64,000 nt of DNA, taken from the NCBI GenBank assembly GCA_017883965.1, contig JAFNKG010000005.1:194-64193 (forward strand). The letters run 5' to 3'. The notes below the pieces were generated by a model. The model was not told where the DNA came from. It saw only the letters and a program-made list of their open reading frames with translations, and searched no databases. The position numbers and the translations under genes were made by a program. The DNA is from Candidatus Methanophagales archaeon. GTDB lineage: Archaea; Halobacteriota; Syntropharchaeia; Alkanophagales; Methanospirareceae. Below, piece by piece: positions 57,939 to 64,000 of this stretch (positions are counted from its first letter, which is position 1; every line of letters begins with the position of its first letter).

Positions 57939-58562
57939 CTACAATAGACTTTCTATAAATTCCTTCTCAAGAACAGGAGCGGGAATAATATCAAAAAACA
58001 TGATTCCGGATAGCCTCAAGATTTCCAGGAGTCTATGCACTTCTTCTTCCGATAAGCCGTAAAGTTCCATAAGATCACTAAAAGGTGTCAGTAAAATGGA
58101 ACTGCCAGCACTGGTAATTTTCCCTTTAGAAAATCTGCTTGAAGAGACATCACTCAAAAATGTTCTGATGAATGGTGCAGCAGCATCGTAATCGGATATT
58201 TTCACCGCAATCTCTTTTCTGTTAACATGTCTAAGGTAAACTTCTTTGAGAATTTCATAAAAATCCAGTTCAATGATATCCAGGACCTCTTCATATTCAT
58301 AGAATGATGTATGCTCAACCAAAGCTTTAAGAAGCTCTTTCCCTGCGTCAACCGCTTCTATCAGCTTCTCATCTTTCAGGAAAATAGAAAGATAAGGTTC
58401 CAATCGTGCCTCCATTAATCCCTCTTCTCTACACAGAACAGGAATATCAGTCCCATATCTCACCCTGAATCTTAATATCAGTAAAGCTATGTAAACACCA
58501 AGTGCTTTGGCATCGTTGTCTATCCATTCCTTTCCGAACCATGATAATGTTCCCTTCATCAA
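57939..58562 (-). CDS. Hypothetical protein
   Basis: 207-aa ORF with no recognisable motif. Confidence 0.4.
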   Translation of the reverse strand: MMKGTLSWFGKEWIDNDAKALGVYIALLILRFRVRYGTDIPVLCREEGLMEARLEPYLSIFLKDEKLIEAVDAGKELLKALVEHTSFYEYEEVLDIIELDFYEILKEVYLRHVNRKEIAVKISDYDAAAPFIRTFLSDVSSSRFSKGKITSAGSSILLTPFSDLMELYGLSEEEVHRLLEILRLSGIMFFDIIPAPVLEKEFIESLL

Positions 58563-58616
58563 TTATATTTTGACCCTTTACTATGATATTGCTTTAACTT
58601 AACTCTACGAGTACCT

Positions 58617-59909
58617 TTACAAATCAAAACCCACCTTTAACCTTTCCACGCACTCCTCCACGCTCAATTTCTCCTGCTCCCCAGTATCGAGATTTCTCAA
58701 TGTCACTTTCGCTTCTTTCATCTCGTTTTTACCCACGAGCACGGCAAAAGCGGCATTAATAGAATTTGCATAAGACAACTGAGCGCTTAGACTTCTGCGC
58801 ATCACATCCATATAAGTGGGGAAAAATTCCCTCAGCTCAAACGCTATTTTTATCGCCTCTTTAACCACATCCTGCGCAGCATTTTTCTCTCTTACCGGCA
58901 CCACTACTACCTTCATGCTCTTCAAATCCTTAGTTTCTAGGGGGAATATCTCCGCTACTCGGTCAAAGCCAAAAGCAAAACCGGTAGAAGGCGTGTCATC
59001 ACCACCGAACAATGCAGCCAGCCGATATGACCCGCCACCGCATATCTGATTCTGTGCTCCTAACTTGCCATCGGCTTCGTAGATCTCAAACACCATTCCA
59101 GTGTAATAATCCAAACCTCGTGCTATTCCAAGGTTCAAAGTATAAAGAACGCCGTAATAGTCAAGGATTTCCAGCAGCATCTCCAATTCCTTCAACGCAT
59201 CGCTGCTATCAGAAGCAACTATTTTGTGGTCACGTGCTTCCTTTAACGCATATTTTCCTTTTAAATCTATTAAACATATTAAGTCGTCAATCAACTCCTC
59301 TTTCACTCCCAGCTCGTTCATAAACCCAACCACTTCTTCTCTTTCTCCCTTGTCTATCAACCTCATCACATTGTTTATCTTCTCCTCACCCACATTTGCA
59401 CCACGTAATGTCTCTCTTATCAGACCCACATGACCCACGTGAAGCTCTGCTTTTACGCCCAACGACTTCACGATAAAGTAAGCGAGTGCGATTATCTCTG
59501 CCTGTGCCTCCGGACTGTCAGACCCGATTATCTCAGCGCCGAACTGCCAGAACTCTCTGTAACGAGCCTTTTGCGGCTCCTCATACCTGAAGCAATTGCC
59601 AAAATAATAAACCTTCGTTGGTTTCGGTGCCATCTTCAGTTCGTTAACATACATTCTTATCACAGGTGCGGTCAACTCAGGTCTCAGTGCTAAATGCCGT
59701 CCTCCCTTATCCTTGAACTCGTACATCTCTTTCAGGATTTCTTCGCCGGATTTGAGTGTGAAGAGTTCAGAGCGCTCAAAAGTGGGTGTTCTTATTTCTT
59801 CGTAGCCCCATTTCTCTGCTATCTCACGCATTCGCTCTTCCATTATTCTCCTCTTCCTCATTTCTGCGGGCATGAAGTCCCTTGTCCCACGTGCTCTTTC
59901 TATTCGCAT
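58617..59909 (-). CDS. hisS: Histidine--tRNA ligase
   Basis: Contains ARGTRDFMPAEM, a class II aaRS motif 2/3 region (FRYEEPQKARYREFWQFGAE) and a C-terminal anticodon-binding domain. Confidence 0.9.
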   Translation of the reverse strand: MRIERARGTRDFMPAEMRKRRIMEERMREIAEKWGYEEIRTPTFERSELFTLKSGEEILKEMYEFKDKGGRHLALRPELTAPVIRMYVNELKMAPKPTKVYYFGNCFRYEEPQKARYREFWQFGAEIIGSDSPEAQAEIIALAYFIVKSLGVKAELHVGHVGLIRETLRGANVGEEKINNVMRLIDKGEREEVVGFMNELGVKEELIDDLICLIDLKGKYALKEARDHKIVASDSSDALKELEMLLEILDYYGVLYTLNLGIARGLDYYTGMVFEIYEADGKLGAQNQICGGGSYRLAALFGGDDTPSTGFAFGFDRVAEIFPLETKDLKSMKVVVVPVREKNAAQDVVKEAIKIAFELREFFPTYMDVMRRSLSAQLSYANSINAAFAVLVGKNEMKEAKVTLRNLDTGEQEKLSVEECVERLKVGFDL

Positions 59910-60034
59910 TCTTCTCTTTGTGTCCTGCTATTTTGCTAAGAATAAAAAGCAAAGGTCATAAACTAATAAAATAATAAAGTTTAATTAAAGATAAATCGCC
60001 AGCAATGGCGAACTTCTTATGCAATGGTTGAAAA

Positions 60035-60463
60035 ATGGAGAAAAAGGAAAAAGCCGTAAGGGATTTTGTGGAAAGAATTAGAGGAAAATTCAAGGATAAA
60101 ATAGAAGGGATAATCCTATTCGGAAGTTATGCACGTAGGGAAGCCAAGAAATTCTCTGATATTGATATTTTAATCGTGTTTAAAGAACTGCCAGAGGAAT
60201 GGGAAAAGAGGATAGAAAGTGTCATAGATGAGACTTCTGAAATCGCTTTGGTTTACGGTGTGAAAATATCTCCTCTTTTGCTCTCAAAAGAAGAGCTTTT
60301 GGATAATATTAATTCAGAAGCGCTTTTGTTCCTTGACTTAACCCGAAGCTATCGCATAATTTATGATAACTGTGGTTTTGAAGAAGAAATGGCAAAATTC
60401 AAAGAGAGAATTGCACGGGAATATACATACAATGAGGAGTTTGAGGCATGGATAGAGAAATAG
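60035..60463 (+). CDS. Minimal nucleotidyltransferase (MNT)
   Basis: Contains GIILFGSYARREAKKFSDIDILIVF. Confidence 0.7.
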   Translation: MEKKEKAVRDFVERIRGKFKDKIEGIILFGSYARREAKKFSDIDILIVFKELPEEWEKRIESVIDETSEIALVYGVKISPLLLSKEELLDNINSEALLFLDLTRSYRIIYDNCGFEEEMAKFKERIAREYTYNEEFEAWIEK

Positions 60464-60849
60464 TCGAGGCTTTTTGCAAATCCGCAGAGAGTGATTTAAA
60501 GCTTGCAGAGGAGCTTCTTGAAGCTGGGGAATATTATTATGCAAGCGTTATTTTCTCACAGCAAGCGGCTGAGAAAATTTGTAAAGCTTATTTAGCCTGT
60601 AAAGGGATGAAAAATATAAGAAAACATGATGTTTCAGGAATTTTAGCTCGGTTTATAGATGAAAAAGAAATAATAAAAGCTCTCCAGTTCCTTGAAGCCC
60701 ATGTGACCAAAGCAAGGTATCCTTTCAGGTTGGAACATAGATTAATTTCACCCCCAGAAGCTTATTCCAGAAAAGAAGCGAAACTTGCCTTTGAGAGAGC
60801 AAAGGCAGTTTATAATTATATCGTCGAGGAAATTGAAAAAGAAACATGA
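60448..60849 (+). CDS. HEPN-domain protein, partner of the MNT
   Basis: It overlaps the MNT gene by 16 bp. Contains AAEKICKAYL and KARYPF. Confidence 0.6.
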   Translation: MDREIVEAFCKSAESDLKLAEELLEAGEYYYASVIFSQQAAEKICKAYLACKGMKNIRKHDVSGILARFIDEKEIIKALQFLEAHVTKARYPFRLEHRLISPPEAYSRKEAKLAFERAKAVYNYIVEEIEKET

Positions 60850-61595
60850 ATTTCAGACTGATTTTTGTGATGGATTTGCTTAATGGTATTGTAGTGCATG
60901 CGAAGAAAGGAGAGCGTGATAAATACGAGCCAATTCACCTTTTCAGTTCTATCGTTAGTTCCTCTGATCCTGTACATGTCATCGAAGAGATAAAGCCTGA
61001 GGAAGTTTATATCGCTGACCTGAATAGACTCATGGGTACTGGCTCTAATAAAGGAATAATAAAGGAGATAAGAAATCGAAATAGAAACAGAAAGACGAGA
61101 ATAACGGTAGAATATGGTATAAAGAGGATGGAGGACCTGAAAGAGGCTGTTGAAGCCGGGATAGCCGATAGCATTATTTTAGGAACAGAAACAGCATCTA
61201 TGGAACTGATTGGTGAGGCTTCTAAAAATGATAGTTTTAAGGATACACGTGTAAGTGTGAGCGTTGACCTTTTCAATAAAGAAGTGCTGTCGAGGGATAA
61301 GAGGATGAAGATAGATCCTCTATTGTTAATACAAGAATTGAACGAATATCCGATAGGGGATGTAATCGTGCTGGAACTGGACAGAGTAGGAACGAAAAGT
61401 GGAATAGACTTTGATTTCCTCGCTCGTGCTGTTGAGTGCTCAGAACGGGACATACTGTGCGGTGGTGGCGTTAGGAGTTGCGAAGATGTGCATAAGATGG
61501 AAGAGATAGGAGTAAAAGGCGCACTGGTCGCTACTGCTGTTCACGATGGGGGTATTCCTTTATCATTTATTCGAGAAGAGGGATCCGTTAAATGA
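60846..61595 (+). CDS. HisA/HisF-family (beta/alpha)8-barrel protein
   Basis: The N-terminus reads LIFVMDLLNGIVVHA. The C-terminal phosphate-binding region reads GGGVRSCEDVHKMEEIGVKGALVATAVHDG. Confidence 0.5.
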   Translation: MNFRLIFVMDLLNGIVVHAKKGERDKYEPIHLFSSIVSSSDPVHVIEEIKPEEVYIADLNRLMGTGSNKGIIKEIRNRNRNRKTRITVEYGIKRMEDLKEAVEAGIADSIILGTETASMELIGEASKNDSFKDTRVSVSVDLFNKEVLSRDKRMKIDPLLLIQELNEYPIGDVIVLELDRVGTKSGIDFDFLARAVECSERDILCGGGVRSCEDVHKMEEIGVKGALVATAVHDGGIPLSFIREEGSVK

Positions 61596-61753
61596 AAGTA
61601 TAAAGTTAAAAGCGAAATATTTAAATTGGATTTCCCGTATATTATGTTTATGCTTGAAATATTATACATTTGCGTTATCGCAGGTGTGCTTTGGTTTCTC
61701 TATATCTATCAGAAGGATGACCAATATTACCAACCCGCATAAAATTACGACTT

Positions 61754-62164
61754 TTAACTTCCTTCTAGTTCTCCAACTTCTAAATTTTTCCTCGCAATTT
61801 CCAATATTTCCTCTGCTACGGATATTACAAACTCACCTTCTTTTACTTCTAACCTTGCTGACGGAACATACCTCGCCTCTGCTCTGAGCATCAAAGCTTT
61901 AACGACATTCTCTCCGAGTTCTTTGCTTATTTCCCCAGTGTTAACGAATATTTCTCCGAATTGTTGGATTAGTTCTCCATGTGAAGATGCTAAGCTTTTC
62001 CTTTTGCTTATTATTAGCGCTTTTACTAGATGCTCGATGGCATTGTATCCAGCATCTATGCAAAGCCTTATCTTTTCTTCTCTCATTGCATCCTTCGCAT
62101 AGCTCAAATACTCGTTTGCCAGTTGTAAATACTCCTCAAACTCAAATTTCCATTCTCTTTCCAT
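61754..62164 (-). CDS. HEPN-domain protein, partner of the upstream MNT fusion
   Basis: Contains AGYNAIEHLVKALII and RAEARYVPS, the HEPN R-x-Y/H region. It overlaps 62142..63818 by 23 bp. Confidence 0.55.
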   Translation of the reverse strand: MEREWKFEFEEYLQLANEYLSYAKDAMREEKIRLCIDAGYNAIEHLVKALIISKRKSLASSHGELIQQFGEIFVNTGEISKELGENVVKALMLRAEARYVPSARLEVKEGEFVISVAEEILEIARKNLEVGELEGS

Positions 62165-64000
62165 GCTCTAACACCTCCCATAAAAATGGTGATTTACCTA
62201 TCTGCCGGTTGAATTCGTCCTCATCAAATAAAATCACCTCCATTAACTCCCCATGTTCGCATGCGATATCAAAAGATATTCCGCCTATTTTATCCATTAT
62301 TTCTTCTCTCGCAATACTTTTATAAACCACAAGGGCATCAATATCACTACGCTTTTTAGCGGTTCCTTTTGCCAAACTTCCATACACATAAATCTCAATT
62401 ATGTTCTCACCAAGTGTGTTTCGAACCCTACCTGTAAATTCTTTCAGTGCTTCTTCCTTCTTACTCGATATCAAGCTATACAATGCCACGAGTTTATTTT
62501 TCTCACTTAAATATCTCTTCTCTTTTATTCGTCCTTCTTTTTTCAATTCTTCTAAACTCACAAGTTCTTTATTTACATCTTCTTCCAGAATATCTAAGAA
62601 TGGCTTCTCGTCTCCATCTTTTATATCAAATCTGATATCATCGAGTCTATCAATCAAAAAATCGCCAATCACCGCTATAAAAATGCCTATGAATACCGAA
62701 AATAAAGATCCAGGTAATATCCTATCCAAGACAGGGTTTGCAACAGGGAAAGTCAATACGGGTGGCAAGAATTTTGTTACGAAGTAATCTATTAAGGTGA
62801 TGCTCAGCACTGCATCTAATGCAAAGAAGATACTTTTTTCTCTCATACGCAATCTGAACTTATCGAGGTTCTTCCTCAATTCAATTTTAATTTTATATGT
62901 TTTCTTCTTCAGGGTTTTTGACGGAAACTCAGCGAAATATGCACGCTTTGGGTTCAATATAGTTACTTCACTATGCATTTTTCCACCTGGTAGACTTGCA
63001 CTGCATTTCACAGAGCGATTCGAATTATTGAATAGTATAAGAAGTGTCGTGTCTTTACGAGCTGCAACTAGGGCGCCAATGCCCATCAAGAAATGAGATT
63101 TTAAAGAAGTAGTTAAAAAATGCCATGTCGCAGGTTTTGCGCTTATATCTAACAGCGGACCTACACCAATAACAATTACGCCTAATATCTTCGCTACGAA
63201 TTTGCGAATAGATTGTAAAATGAAAGATTCAAAAAATTCGCCTATTAAATACTTCCATATAAATATAAAAGCACCTATGATAATACCGATTTTAGAAAGT
63301 TCTTCTAACAGGCTCGCCTTTGGCAAATACCATGGTCCCTTTCCATTGCCAACAGCGTGATTATCTCTGAATACAATGCCTTTACATGAATCATCTACAT
63401 AGAAACCGTACTCTGCGTTAAAAGAAGCATCGTTGTTTATTATCATGTCGTTATTCGAAGATGTAATATAAACACCACTTCTCATACTAAATTTTGCAGT
63501 ATTGTTAATTATCTGACAGTTATCAGATGAGTCCAGAAAGATGCCAAAGAGTGATAGTTGACGTGGAGGGTTTCTGTGAAGGTTACCATGGATATCATAG
63601 GTTGGTGGATTTAATGGATCTTTCCAGAATTGATTTACAGTATTGTTGATTATTTGGTTGTTAAGGGATGAAACTAACGAGATACCAGCGAAGCTGTTAA
63701 AATCAGCGGTGTTATAGTTTATATTATTGCTGGACGAATCTCTTAGCGAGATACCTTTTTGGTCGTTATAAATGGCGGTGTTATAAGTTACATTGTTGTT
63801 GCTGGACGAATCTAGCACGATGCCAGAAAAGTCGTTACGGTTGGCTGTGTTAGAGGTTATATTGTTGTTACTGGATGAATGTAGCGAGATACCCTCTTGG
63901 TCGTTATACTTGGCTCTGTTATGGATTATATCGTTGTTGCTGGACGAATGTAGCGAGATACCGTTTTCGTTTAAATTAACGATGTTATTAACTATGCTAT
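62142..64000 (-). CDS. Multidomain protein: N-terminal parallel beta-helix (PbH1/NosD-like) repeats, a polytopic TM region and a C-terminal MNT nucleotidyltransferase domain. The N-terminus runs past the window edge.
   Basis: The MNT motif IEIYVYGSLAKGTAKKRSDIDALVVY is present. The N-terminus has repeated SSSNNNxTxNTAxxN units. The track ORF ends at 63818, but the frame stays open and repeat-encoding through position 64000. Confidence 0.55.
   Translation of the reverse strand, partial: SIVNNIVNLNENGISLHSSSNNDIIHNRAKYNDQEGISLHSSSNNNITSNTANRNDFSGIVLDSSSNNNVTYNTAIYNDQKGISLRDSSSNNINYNTADFNSFAGISLVSSLNNQIINNTVNQFWKDPLNPPTYDIHGNLHRNPPRQLSLFGIFLDSSDNCQIINNTAKFSMRSGVYITSSNNDMIINNDASFNAEYGFYVDDSCKGIVFRDNHAVGNGKGPWYLPKASLLEELSKIGIIIGAFIFIWKYLIGEFFESFILQSIRKFVAKILGVIVIGVGPLLDISAKPATWHFLTTSLKSHFLMGIGALVAARKDTTLLILFNNSNRSVKCSASLPGGKMHSEVTILNPKRAYFAEFPSKTLKKKTYKIKIELRKNLDKFRLRMREKSIFFALDAVLSITLIDYFVTKFLPPVLTFPVANPVLDRILPGSLFSVFIGIFIAVIGDFLIDRLDDIRFDIKDGDEKPFLDILEEDVNKELVSLEELKKEGRIKEKRYLSEKNKLVALYSLISSKKEEALKEFTGRVRNTLGENIIEIYVYGSLAKGTAKKRSDIDALVVYKSIAREEIMDKIGGISFDIACEHGELMEVILFDEDEFNRQIGKSPFLWEVLEHGKRMEI

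Noticed and set aside
63330-64000. Regular repeats of about 69 bp that could be mistaken for a CRISPR array
   Set aside because: The units are contiguous, with no unique spacers, and lie in an open reading frame encoding beta-helix repeats (SSSNNNxTYNTA). They are coding repeats.

Overview
This 64 kb window is most consistent with an archaeal contig: HdrA and an FrhB-like gene, Taw3, archaeal-type SecF, SppA and HisRS, and AT-rich TATA-like boxes upstream of several genes. There are no rRNA or tRNA genes and no CRISPR array. I see five main blocks. (1) A horizontally acquired-looking defense island at about 2.1-15.2 kb, visibly AT-richer than its flanks. It carries an AbiEi/AbiEii pair, a RadC-like JAB protein immediately followed by an OLD-family ATPase/TOPRIM nuclease, a MNT/HEPN pair and a large TPR protein. 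(2) An Mbh/Mrp-like multisubunit cation/proton antiporter module at 16.0-26.1 kb with mrpF-G-E-B-C-like small subunits and four NuoL/M/N-like large subunits. (3) An accessory stretch at 26.2-31.8 kb: a HEAT-repeat protein, a degraded IS66-family transposase flanked by an approximately 290 bp direct repeat, a two-domain KaiC-like ATPase, a MNT/HEPN pair and an internally duplicated membrane protein. (4) A translationally coupled FrhB-like/HdrA pair at 32.2-35.2 kb, followed at 35.5-45.8 kb by a second, paralogous set of antiporter-like large subunits. That set carries a second KaiC-like ATPase and a family of small tail-anchored proteins whose domain is also fused to the C-terminus of one antiporter subunit. 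(5) Housekeeping genes from 46 kb onward (fumarate hydratase alpha, glycosylation genes, SecF, PurL, Icd, SppA, HisS), two more MNT/HEPN pairs, and a beta-helix/transmembrane/MNT fusion. The two findings I rate as most likely novel are the RadC-OLD pair and the duplicated antiporter module with embedded KaiC-like ATPases next to FrhB-HdrA. A shared GTGTCAC/GTGACAC motif lies upstream of both antiporter sets and of the frhB-hdrA pair.
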